DNA of 64,000 nt from Candidatus Multivoradales bacterium (lineage in GTDB: Bacteria; Acidobacteriota; Thermoanaerobaculia; Multivoradales; Multivoraceae), in the NCBI GenBank assembly GCA_965223325.1, contig CBDCWI010000001.1, forward strand, positions 1,696,001-1,760,000, written 5' to 3'. The position numbers were made by a program, and so were the translations under genes. Positions 19,607 to 28,237 of the stretch are shown piece after piece. The notes under the pieces were generated by a model that worked only from the letters and a program-made list of their open reading frames with translations, did no database searches and was not told the DNA's origin. How positions within the stretch are numbered: position 1 is the first letter of the stretch; every line of letters starts with the position of its first letter.

Positions 19607-20581
19607 ATGTCAAAAACTCTTGCCTGGCGGGCCCGATCTGCCGTAGTCGGCCTCGCTACAGTTCTCCTCCTCGCTGGCTGTCAGGGCTCTTTTGAGCCCT
19701 CAGACTCCCCCGCGCCCGCTGGGAAACTCAACATCGTCGCCACCACCGGGATGATCGCCGATGCCGCCCTTCGCATCGCCGGTGACCATGCCACCGTCAC
19801 TGCGCTCATGGGGCCAGGGATCGACCCGCATCTCTACAAGGCCAGCGAAAGCGACGTGCGCCGATTGTCGGAGGCCGACCTGATCCTCTATCAGGGCCTC
19901 TACCTCGAGGGGCGGATGGCCGACATCCTCAACAAGATGTCGCGCACCAGACCGGTCCTGGCGGTCGGTGAGACGATCCCCGAAGAGGAGCTTTTGCCCT
20001 GGACTCTGGGGGGCAAAGAACATGACCCTCACTTGTGGTTCGACGTGCGGCTGTGGTCACGCATTCTGGCTCCGATCGCCGCCGAGCTCAGCGCTTTGCG
20101 ACCTGAAGAGGCAGCGACCTTCGAGGCCAACGCCCTTGCATACCAGCAGGAGCTCACCGAGCTCGACGCGTGGGCCGAATCCCGCTTCAACGAGCTGCCC
20201 CGAGAGCGGCGCATCCTGGTCACCGCCCATGACGCGTTCGGCTACATGGGTCGCCGCTACGATCTCGAGGTCGTTGGCATCCAGGGTGTATCGACAGTGG
20301 CCGAAGCAGGCCTCGACGACCTCGAGCGTGTGATCGAACTGGTGGTCGAGAAGAAGGTACCGGCCGTTTTCGTCGAGTCGAGCGTCTCGCCACGCTCCAT
20401 TGAAGCGCTGCAGAAGGGCGCAGAGAAGCTCGGCCACTCAGTCGCGATTGGCGCGCAGCTCTTCTCGGATGCACTGGGCCCGGCCGACGGTCCGGCGGGG
20501 AACTACCCCGGCATGGTGCGCACCAACGTCTCAAACATCGTCGGAGCGCTCGGGAACGACGGCGCTGAGGGCGGCTCATGA
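19607..20581 (+). CDS. troA: Mn/Zn/Fe ABC transporter substrate-binding lipoprotein
   Basis: Lipobox LAGC; GPGIDPHLY, DPHLWFD, TAHDAFGY, LFSDALG. Confidence 0.92.
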   Translation: MSKTLAWRARSAVVGLATVLLLAGCQGSFEPSDSPAPAGKLNIVATTGMIADAALRIAGDHATVTALMGPGIDPHLYKASESDVRRLSEADLILYQGLYLEGRMADILNKMSRTRPVLAVGETIPEEELLPWTLGGKEHDPHLWFDVRLWSRILAPIAAELSALRPEEAATFEANALAYQQELTELDAWAESRFNELPRERRILVTAHDAFGYMGRRYDLEVVGIQGVSTVAEAGLDDLERVIELVVEKKVPAVFVESSVSPRSIEALQKGAEKLGHSVAIGAQLFSDALGPADGPAGNYPGMVRTNVSNIVGALGNDGAEGGS

Positions 20582-21420
20582 CTGTTCTCGACAAATCGAA
20601 GGCAGACAGTACGGCCTCAAACAGCACGGACTCAGGTGCACTCCCCGCGATCGAAGTCCACGACCTGACCGTCGCGTACCACACGCAACCGGTTCTCTGG
20701 GACGTCGACCTGGCGTTGCCCGAGGGCAAGCTGATCGCGGTCGTCGGGCCGAACGGTGCCGGCAAGAGCACCCTTTTAAAGGCGATCCTCGGCCTGGTTG
20801 AACCGATCACGGGTTGGGTCAAGGTTTTTGGCGAACCCTACGAAGATCGTCGCTCCTGGGTTGGCTACGTGCCGCAACGTGAGAGCGTCGACTGGGACTT
20901 CCCCACCAACGCGCTCGATGTCGTGGCGATGGGTCTCTACGGCAACCTCGGTTGGTTCAAGCGCCCCGGGCGTCGCCACAAGGAGTTGGCGCTCGAGTGC
21001 CTCGACAAGGTCGGCATGCGCGACTACGCCGGCCGGCAGATCAGCCAGCTCTCGGGCGGCCAGCAGCAGCGGGTCTTCCTGGCGCGTGCTCTGGCGCAGG
21101 ATGCGCGCCTCTACTTGATGGATGAACCCTTCGCCGGTGTCGACGCAACCACCGAGCGCGCGATCCTCGGCCTCCTGCAACAACTGCGCTCCGAGGGCCG
21201 CACGGTGATTGCCGTGCACCACGATCTGCAAACCGTAGCCGAGTACTTCGACTACGTCGTGTTGCTCAACATGCGACTCGTCGCTTCGGGCCCGATCTCT
21301 GAGACCTTCAACAACGAGAACCTGCAGCGCACCTACGGCGGGCGTTTGACCGTCCTCACCCAGGCCACTGAAGCGATCATGGAAGCCGGCGCGGCCAAAC
21401 CTGGCCTACAAAGGCGCTAA
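20578..21420 (+). CDS. troB: metal ABC transporter ATP-binding protein
   Basis: GPNGAGKS, GYVPQR, LSGGQQQR, MDEPF. Confidence 0.93.
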   Translation: MTVLDKSKADSTASNSTDSGALPAIEVHDLTVAYHTQPVLWDVDLALPEGKLIAVVGPNGAGKSTLLKAILGLVEPITGWVKVFGEPYEDRRSWVGYVPQRESVDWDFPTNALDVVAMGLYGNLGWFKRPGRRHKELALECLDKVGMRDYAGRQISQLSGGQQQRVFLARALAQDARLYLMDEPFAGVDATTERAILGLLQQLRSEGRTVIAVHHDLQTVAEYFDYVVLLNMRLVASGPISETFNNENLQRTYGGRLTVLTQATEAIMEAGAAKPGLQRR

Positions 21421-21446
21421 CCACCCTTGGCCCGGGCGTCTCCTCC

Positions 21447-22748
21447 GTGTTTGAACTCTCCTTCACCGCGCGCAACGTTCTGATTGGCGCCAGCCTGCTT
21501 GGTGCAACCAGCGGGTTGGTGGGTTGCTTTGCACTCTTGAGGCGCCAGAGCCTGCTCGGAGACGCACTGGCGCACACGGCGCTGCCGGGAGTGTGTATCG
21601 CCTTTCTCTTGACCCAGACCAAAGCGTCACTGCCTCTCCTTCTGGGCGCCGCCGTCGCCGGTGTGCTCGGCGCGATCATCATCAGCTCGTTGTCGCGTCT
21701 CGAGCGGGTGACCGAGGACTCGGCCATCGGAATCATCCTGTCGGTGTTCTTCGGTTTCGGCATCGTTCTGTTGACGATCATTCAGCGCCTGCCGAGCGGC
21801 AACCAGAGCGGGCTCGACAAGTACCTGTTCGGCCAGGCCGCCACCCTGGTTCCCAAAGACCTGGTGATCCTGGCGGGCGTCTCACTCACCGTGCTCGCGC
21901 TCACCGTCATCTTCTTCAAAGAGCTCAAGATGCTCGCCTTCGACCGCGACTTCGGCGAGAGCCTCGGCTTTCGCATGCGGGGCCTCGAGCTCTTGCAGAT
22001 CGTGATGTTGGTGCTGGTCGTGGTGGTGGGGCTTCAGATGGTCGGCGTGGTCTTGATTGTGGCCGCACTCATCACTCCGGCTGCGGCGGCCCGCCAATGG
22101 ACCGACCGGCTGGCCGTCATGCTTCTGATTGCCGCGGGCATCGGCGCGATCTCAGGGTCGATCGGAGCGATGGTCTCGGCCCAGGTCTCGAAAGTCCCCA
22201 CCGGGCCAGTCATCGTCCTGGTCGCCAGCGCCTTTCTGATCGTCTCGCTCCTGCTCGCGCCGCGGCGCGGTCTGGTCTGGGCCTGGCTGCGCCAACGACG
22301 GGTGTCTCGGCGCATCCAACGCGAGAACCTGCTCAAGGATCTCTGGCTGTGGTGCGAACGCGCCAACGCTGACACCGACGCCCGGGTGCCCTGGTCGTAC
22401 CTGCGCGGCGGCCGCGGCCAGACGGGTCGGCGCATCGACCGCATCGCCCGAGGCCTGGCGCGCGACGATCACGTCGAAACCGACGCGCGCAGCGTGTGGC
22501 TGACGGCCAGCGGTGCCGAACATGCACAGCAGCTGGTCCGCAAGCATCGCTTGTGGGAGCTCTATCTGACCCGCCGTCTCGAGCTGGCCAGCGACCACGT
22601 CCACCGCGACGCCGACGCCATGGAACACACCCTCACCGACGAAGCTGTGGCGCGCATCGAAGAACTCCTCGACTACCCAACCCACGACCCACACGGGCAG
22701 ATCATTCCGCAGGCCGACAAAAAGAGCGCGCTGGAGCAAACGGCATGA
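21447..22748 (+). CDS. troC: metal ABC permease fused to a C-terminal DtxR/MntR-type metal-binding domain
   Basis: SLLGDALAHTALPG permease motif; C-terminal RKHRLWELYL...VHRDADAMEH...PTHDPHGQIIP. Confidence 0.9.
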   Translation: MFELSFTARNVLIGASLLGATSGLVGCFALLRRQSLLGDALAHTALPGVCIAFLLTQTKASLPLLLGAAVAGVLGAIIISSLSRLERVTEDSAIGIILSVFFGFGIVLLTIIQRLPSGNQSGLDKYLFGQAATLVPKDLVILAGVSLTVLALTVIFFKELKMLAFDRDFGESLGFRMRGLELLQIVMLVLVVVVGLQMVGVVLIVAALITPAAAARQWTDRLAVMLLIAAGIGAISGSIGAMVSAQVSKVPTGPVIVLVASAFLIVSLLLAPRRGLVWAWLRQRRVSRRIQRENLLKDLWLWCERANADTDARVPWSYLRGGRGQTGRRIDRIARGLARDDHVETDARSVWLTASGAEHAQQLVRKHRLWELYLTRRLELASDHVHRDADAMEHTLTDEAVARIEELLDYPTHDPHGQIIPQADKKSALEQTA

Positions 22749-23848
22749 GCCCGATGTTGGTCATTCTGTTGGTCGGCTCGCTGGTCGGAGCGTCGTGCGC
22801 TCTCGTGGGCACGTTTCTCGTCTTGCGGCGCATGGCCTTGATCGGCGATGCGATCAGCCACGCGGTGCTCCCCGGTATCGCCATCGCTTTCTTGATGACC
22901 GGCAGCCGCAACCCCATCCCGATGGTCCTCGGCGCCGGCGTGCTCGGCGTCCTCACCGTATTTCTCGTCGAGCTCGCGCACCGCACGCGCCTGCTCAAAC
23001 AGGACGCGTCGATTGGCGTGGTGTTCCCGGCCCTGTTCTCGATCGGAGTAATCATCATCAGCCGCTACGCCGGCACGGTCGACCTCGATCTCGACTGCGT
23101 TCTACACGGCGAGATCGCCTACTCACCCTGGGACTTGCTCTACGTCGGCGAACAGTCCATCGGACCACAGGCTCTGTGGGTCAACGGCTCGGTGTTCTTG
23201 TTCAACCTCGCCCTGGTGCTCATCTTCTACAAAGAGCTCAAGCTTTCGACCTTTGACTCCGCCCTCGCCGCTTCGCTTGGCTTTGCACCGGTCCTCATCC
23301 ACTACGCCCTGATGGCCGCGGTGTCGATGACCGTCGTCGCGGCCTTTGAATCGGTCGGTGCAGTCCTGGTGGTGGCGATGTTGGTGGTGCCACCGGCGGC
23401 CGCCTGGCTGCTCACCGACCGCCTGAGCCATATGCTGATCGCGTCGGTCTCACTCGGCGTGTTGTCGGCCGTTGGCGGCTACTTCGGCGCCCGTCTGGTC
23501 GACGCCTCGATCGCCGGCATGATGGCGACCTGTGCCGGGCTGCTCTTTTTGGCAGCTTTCCTGTTGTCCCCGCGTCGTGGCTTGCTGGCTCGCACGCTGC
23601 GCAACCGTCGGCTCGGGCAGGCGATGTCGGAGCAGCTCTTGCTGCTCCATCTAGGAAGTGGCGAGCGGGCCCTACCGCTGAGCGAGGTGCGGCGCCGCTT
23701 TACCTGGGGCACCGGCCGTTTGAACGCCGTGGTGGCCGGCCTCGAAGAACGAGGTTGGTTGACCCAAAGCCCTGATGGGCTTCGACTTACGGCGACGGGT
23801 GAAGCCGCCCTCGAGGAGGCCGGCCAGGGCCCCCTCCGCCATCGCTAG
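22745..23848 (+). CDS. troD: metal ABC permease with a C-terminal winged-helix-like extension
   Basis: ATGA overlap with troC; ALIGDAISHAVLPG; FESVGAVLVVAM; tail LEERGWL...LRLTATG. Confidence 0.9.
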   Translation: MSPMLVILLVGSLVGASCALVGTFLVLRRMALIGDAISHAVLPGIAIAFLMTGSRNPIPMVLGAGVLGVLTVFLVELAHRTRLLKQDASIGVVFPALFSIGVIIISRYAGTVDLDLDCVLHGEIAYSPWDLLYVGEQSIGPQALWVNGSVFLFNLALVLIFYKELKLSTFDSALAASLGFAPVLIHYALMAAVSMTVVAAFESVGAVLVVAMLVVPPAAAWLLTDRLSHMLIASVSLGVLSAVGGYFGARLVDASIAGMMATCAGLLFLAAFLLSPRRGLLARTLRNRRLGQAMSEQLLLLHLGSGERALPLSEVRRRFTWGTGRLNAVVAGLEERGWLTQSPDGLRLTATGEAALEEAGQGPLRHR

Positions 23849-23885
23849 CCGAAGGGGGCTTGGCCCAGCCGAGGTCCGAGGAACG

Positions 23886-24287
23886 TTAGCCGCTGAGCGA
23901 GCTGACGATCGAGCGAGCGGTGTCGCCCAGGGTCGCACCGGGAGCCTCAGTGCAGAGATCCGTCAGCATGACGCGAATGGAATCGTCGTTCGAGCCGTCG
24001 GCTGCGACTTCGACGCCAGCCGCCTGGAGACCATCGACAACCGCGCCCAGCACGTGGTCGACTGCCTCGGTGGCTTCGGCGGCACCGGCCTCCGCCAGCA
24101 TGTTGTAGCGCTCGCACGACATGGCACCGATATCGACCGCTGCTGGTGTAGCCGCGGGTGCGGGCGCCGGTGCCGGTTCTGCAGGTGCCGGTTCGGGGGC
24201 CTTCTTGCAGCCTACGAGACCTAGAAGCAGCACGGTTGCCAGCAGGGACAGACCGGGGGTGCGAAACCTCGAGTTCTGGTTCTTCAT
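23886..24287 (-). CDS. small lipoprotein with a Pro/Ala linker and an HdeA/HdeB-like two-Cys domain
   Basis: Lipobox LVGC, PEPAPAEPAPAP linker, DIGAMSCERY...LTDLCTEAPGATL; GGAGAG RBS. Confidence 0.65.
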   Translation of the reverse strand: MKNQNSRFRTPGLSLLATVLLLGLVGCKKAPEPAPAEPAPAPAPAATPAAVDIGAMSCERYNMLAEAGAAEATEAVDHVLGAVVDGLQAAGVEVAADGSNDDSIRVMLTDLCTEAPGATLGDTARSIVSSLSG

Positions 24288-24742
24288 TCGACTCTCCAGA
24301 TTGTCAGTTGGGGTGAACCCATCCACCTTAGCGTGTGTGTCACGTCCGGTGCTACGACGGACGACTGTGGCCACACGGTGGTCCATCCAGTGGGCTCAGA
24401 GTGGTGAACCAGGACAGAGGGCGAACGCAGCCAGAAAGGCCGGGAGGCGGTGACCTCCCGGCGTTGAAACCCATGAGCTTCTTCACTCACGAGGGCGCTG
24501 TAGTGCGCTTGGTGAGTGCTTTCCGGAAACGGGTTCTGGGTGTTACAGAGCCCTGTGCCACGGGCGACGATGGAGGTGAAGTTCGCTGGGCCAGTTGACG
24601 ATTCAATATTCAAGTTGTGTTGTCGTGTTCTCTTCTATTGTTTGTTTCGACTGAGGCCGACGGCCGCATCTTCCGCTACGGCGCCTTCGGCGAGCTCCTC
24701 TGCGCCAGCTCGGTCTTCCCCGACAACCCGTGCGTTCAAGAC

Positions 24743-24958
24743 GACGGGGAGGGGGACGCACCGGGAGGTGTGGTGGCGGAGCTGCGCCTGTCGGGCGGAA
24801 TGCCGAGGTCCATGAGTGGCGAAGGCGAGGGTTCGGCCCTTGGGATGACGCATCGAGGTAGTGGAGGAGGCCGACGGAGTGCTCCGGAAACGCGGTGCGC
24901 CGCCCAGTACGGCGCTGCCGTCAGAACTTACCCCCCCGTGCGCGGCATCGCCGTGCGC
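24743..24958. repeat. solo copy of the right end of the HUH-transposase element (REP/MITE-like)
   Basis: About 195 bp near-identical to 32325-32521, ending TCAGAACTTACCCCC, followed by the hairpin GTGCGCGGC-ATC-GCCGTGCGC. Confidence 0.88.
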
Positions 24959-25630
24959 GCGCTCGCGCTAAAGGCGTACCGCCGCGGGCTCGCTACGCGT
25001 TTCCGTAGGACCTTGGGATGAATACAGAATCTGACGCCGTCACCGGAAAGAGAAAACAAGCGATTCCGGTAGTACAGAATGGGTAGCAGGTCAGGCTTGC
25101 TGTAAGACACCAGCCCTTGATACCAACTCGCGGCACCTAGACGAACCGTGTCTGGGCGCAGCTCGCTGGTTAGGCCGCCGACGGCCAAGGGCTTCTGTTA
25201 GCCTAGCCAAGTCGCTCTCCCGCGCGGTCTCGTCGCAGAGACCCCTGGCTCCGACTCGCCGGTCGTCGCCCGCTGGAGCCCTGTTGATCGACCCCTCCTT
25301 CGATGCGCACAGACCTCTCGAACTAGATCGACCCTCACGACCTCGCACGCGGCCCGGCTGCGTTCGGTCGTCGTGAAGCCCTAACCGCGCTCCGCCGAAC
25401 GACGGTGGTTTCGGTGTGGGCCGTCGCGAAGCGGAAATCCGCGGAGCGCACATCGAGAGAAGAACCCCGAGAGCCTCACCAAAGGTCTCGGGAACCGCCG
25501 CGTCTGAGCCCAGCGGGTGGCGCTCCCAGGAGAGCACCACTTGCACCAGGACTGACGCGCTTTCAAGAGCTGCATCGTTCCTAGCGCGACCAAACGCCTT
25601 TGGTGCGAGTGGCTGGTGAGGAGATTCAGC

Positions 25631-27373
25631 ATGGCGAAACGTCGAGCGACGGTTCGTGACGAGGGTCGTCGAGTGGTCGCCCAGGGTTCAGAGTCGAAGG
25701 AGCGCAGACCTGGGGCGGCCGGCCAGGTTCCGCTGCTTCAGGCGGTGGACCTCGCGTTCCATCCGTCACAGGTTCATCGACAGGGGCCTGTTTTTGAAGA
25801 GATCAACATGGCGTTGCACTTGGCGGAGGTGGTGGCGTTGGCTGGGCCGAATGGCTGTGGCAAGACAACGCTCCTGCGCTGCCTCGCGGGTGCCCTCGAG
25901 CCCGGCGAGTCCGCAGGCCTGCGCGGCACGATCATCAGGAATTGTGATCAGGGTGCGCTTGCCTGGTTGCGCCAGGCGGGCCGCGAGTCTTCGCACACCG
26001 CGAGTCGCGAGACGGTGTGGTCGCGAATGCTCGCAGCGCAGGAAGATCTCGCCGAGATCCGTCGCCGCCTGGACGACGGGGACTGGTCGGCGCTCGATGC
26101 CTGGGAGGGAGCTTCGGGCTACGCGCGCGAACGCGAGCTCGAGGTGATGGCCGAGGCCTTTGGTGTCGAGGACCTGCTCGGCCGCGCGGTAGGTGAACTC
26201 TCGCCAGGGCAGCTGCAACGGGTCGATCTGGTCGCGGCACTCGTCTACGCCGACTCTCGCCCGCGCAGTGTGCTGCTTCTCGACGAGCCGCTCAATCATC
26301 TAGACCTCGATGGGATCCGGTTGGTGGAGGAGGCGCTTCTCGATCCGCGGCGCCGCGAGAGAGCGGCGGTGCTCCTGGTGTCGCACGATCGGGAGCTCCT
26401 CGATCGGGTGGCTGACCGGACGCTCTTGTTTGCCGATGGCGAGTTGCTTTCCGTCGCCGGTGGCTACAGCGCCGCCCGGGAGCATCAGGGACTTCTGGTT
26501 CGGGCCCAGGAACACGAGGCCGAGGAGAGTCGTCGCCGCATCGCCAAGCTCGAGAAGGAGTACCGGCAGCGTGCGGGTTGGGCAGAGAAGAAGGAGCGTT
26601 CGAAGAGCGGGGCCGGTGCTTCCAAGCCATTCATCGCGAAGCGGGCCAAGAAGCTGGCGCGCCGAGCCAAGGACGTCGAGCGTCGACATCAGCGCGCTCT
26701 CGAGGACCTCTCGAAGACGGCGCGACGTCGCGCTCGACCGGTCGTCCTGCGGCGGGCGGAGTACGAGGTGACCCAACGGGTGGTCGCTCGCTTCGAGGCG
26801 GTCGAGGTCTCCTACGGAGAGCACTGCGTCTACTCGCAACTCGATCTGGTTCTGCGTAGCCGCGATCGCTGCGCTCTGCTCGGACCGAACGGTTCAGGCA
26901 AGTCGACCCTGCTTCGTCTCCTTCTGGGCGAAGTCGAGGCCGCAGCCGGCAGTGCCTACGTCAACCACGCTGTAGGTATCGGCTACCTTGCGCAGGACGC
27001 TGGCGAACCGAGCGATATGAAAGACGGCCGACTGCTCGAGACCTTCGCTGACCTCGATGTCGCGGAGTCTGAGGTGAGACGGCACCTAGGGTCGGTCGGC
27101 CTCAGGCGTGAGCGGGTCTTGCAGACAGTAGGTGCGCTCAGCCCTGGTGAGCGCATGCGTGCTGCCCTCGTTCGGCTGTTGCTCGAGCGCTCCGAGTTCC
27201 TGGTCCTCGACGAGCCGACCAACCATCTCGACACCGAGTCGATCGAGGTCCTGGAAGCGTTTCTTCGAGAGTTTCCGGGTGGCTTCCTGCTGGTGAGCCA
27301 CGACCGTCGCTTGATCTCGGCACTGGTCGAGAGGGTGCTAGTGGTCTCGGACGGACGGCTTGCGACGGTCTAG
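25631..27373 (+). CDS. ABC-F family ATPase (two NBDs, no TM segments; ribosome-associated, possibly ARE-like)
   Basis: GPNGCGKT/LSPGQ/LLDEPLNHLD and GPNGSGKS/LSPGE/LDEPTNHLD, separated by a long basic linker. Confidence 0.9.
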   Translation: MAKRRATVRDEGRRVVAQGSESKERRPGAAGQVPLLQAVDLAFHPSQVHRQGPVFEEINMALHLAEVVALAGPNGCGKTTLLRCLAGALEPGESAGLRGTIIRNCDQGALAWLRQAGRESSHTASRETVWSRMLAAQEDLAEIRRRLDDGDWSALDAWEGASGYARERELEVMAEAFGVEDLLGRAVGELSPGQLQRVDLVAALVYADSRPRSVLLLDEPLNHLDLDGIRLVEEALLDPRRRERAAVLLVSHDRELLDRVADRTLLFADGELLSVAGGYSAAREHQGLLVRAQEHEAEESRRRIAKLEKEYRQRAGWAEKKERSKSGAGASKPFIAKRAKKLARRAKDVERRHQRALEDLSKTARRRARPVVLRRAEYEVTQRVVARFEAVEVSYGEHCVYSQLDLVLRSRDRCALLGPNGSGKSTLLRLLLGEVEAAAGSAYVNHAVGIGYLAQDAGEPSDMKDGRLLETFADLDVAESEVRRHLGSVGLRRERVLQTVGALSPGERMRAALVRLLLERSEFLVLDEPTNHLDTESIEVLEAFLREFPGGFLLVSHDRRLISALVERVLVVSDGRLATV

Positions 27374-27564
27374 TGCCCTCAGGAGGCTGCAGGGTCGGGT
27401 TCGATCTCGGGCTCGGCTTTAGCAAGTAGAGCAGTGGGCATGCCCGCTTTGTCGAAAGACACCGCGCTCTCCGGGAAGAGGCCTCGGTGGACAAGGAAGA
27501 TGGTACCGAACGACAGCGGCATGACAGGAAGGTGGGGAATGGAAGTAGCAGAACGGTGCGGCCA

Positions 27565-27840
27565 CGCGGCATGATTGTTGAGATCGAGCAATCCAACCTA
27601 GCTTCGGATCCTCGGTGACTGGAAGTCCCCAACTGGGATGGCCCATACGACTCGTTCCCGGGCACGCGACGGAGGACCTGGCTCGTCGTTTCCGTTACGT
27701 CCTGGCTCAGGGCTGCGAGGCTGGGCTCGTGTCCTCGGCACGCAAGTGGCCTGGGGTGAGCCAGGCCCAGGTGCTCTGGTCGGGGAGTTTCGAGCTCAAA
27801 GGCATCTGGATCGATCGTTCGGCACTTCGGCGTGCTAGCC
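27565..27840 (+). pseudogene. degenerate relic of the HUH transposase
   Basis: RRFRYVLAQGCEAGLVSSARKWPGVS...LWSGSFELKGIWIDRSALRRA matches about 31600-31840, with upstream indels; CGCGGCATGATTGTTGAGATCGAG matches about 31960. Confidence 0.85.
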
Positions 27841-28185
27841 CGACGACTCGGCACCCTCCTCGGCCTTCTGCCCCGAGACTCTCTTCACCCTTTGTCCGTA
27901 CAGAATCGATGTGGTCAAGCACTGATATCGTGCTGCACCGATACTGTGCTAAATCAGCCAGGGCTTCGAGTACGACGACCTGGGAGCGACCACCAGAATC
28001 CACTACCCCCGGTGCGAAACGGGCGGCTACGCGACACCCTGCACCAACGATCCCGCTCCCGCCCGCAGCGTGAGCTTCGAGTGCGGCCGCGGCTTCCTGC
28101 GCAAAGTCCCGGGCTACATCAACTCCGGCGGCTACCGGAACCAGGCTCTCTGGCTCTTTCGCCGTCTTAGCCGCCGCGAGCGACA

Positions 28186-28222
28186 AGAAAAAGGGCCGCG
28201 CCCGAAGGCGCGGCCCTTTTCT
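28186..28222. terminator. intrinsic, probably bidirectional terminator
   Basis: AAAAAGGGCCGCGCC-CGAA-GGCGCGGCCCTTTT just past the stop of the minus-strand TonB gene. Confidence 0.88.
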
Positions 28223-28237
28223 CTCGGGTCGTTTCCG

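Noticed and set aside
24381-24480. Hairpin GCCGGGAGG-N6-CCTCCCGGC region as a riboswitch or SRP RNA
   Set aside because: No conserved riboswitch or SRP motif could be matched by eye; an Rfam search is needed.
24635-24853. Small ORF MRHPKGRTLAF... also present in the second repeat copy near 32.3-32.4 kb
   Set aside because: Its conservation is explained by DNA repeat identity; the copies differ by indels and have unrelated C-termini.
28070-28185. Short GC3-rich frame SFECGRGFLRKVPGYINSGGYRNQ
   Set aside because: Probably a gene remnant; too short to assign and it runs into the terminator.
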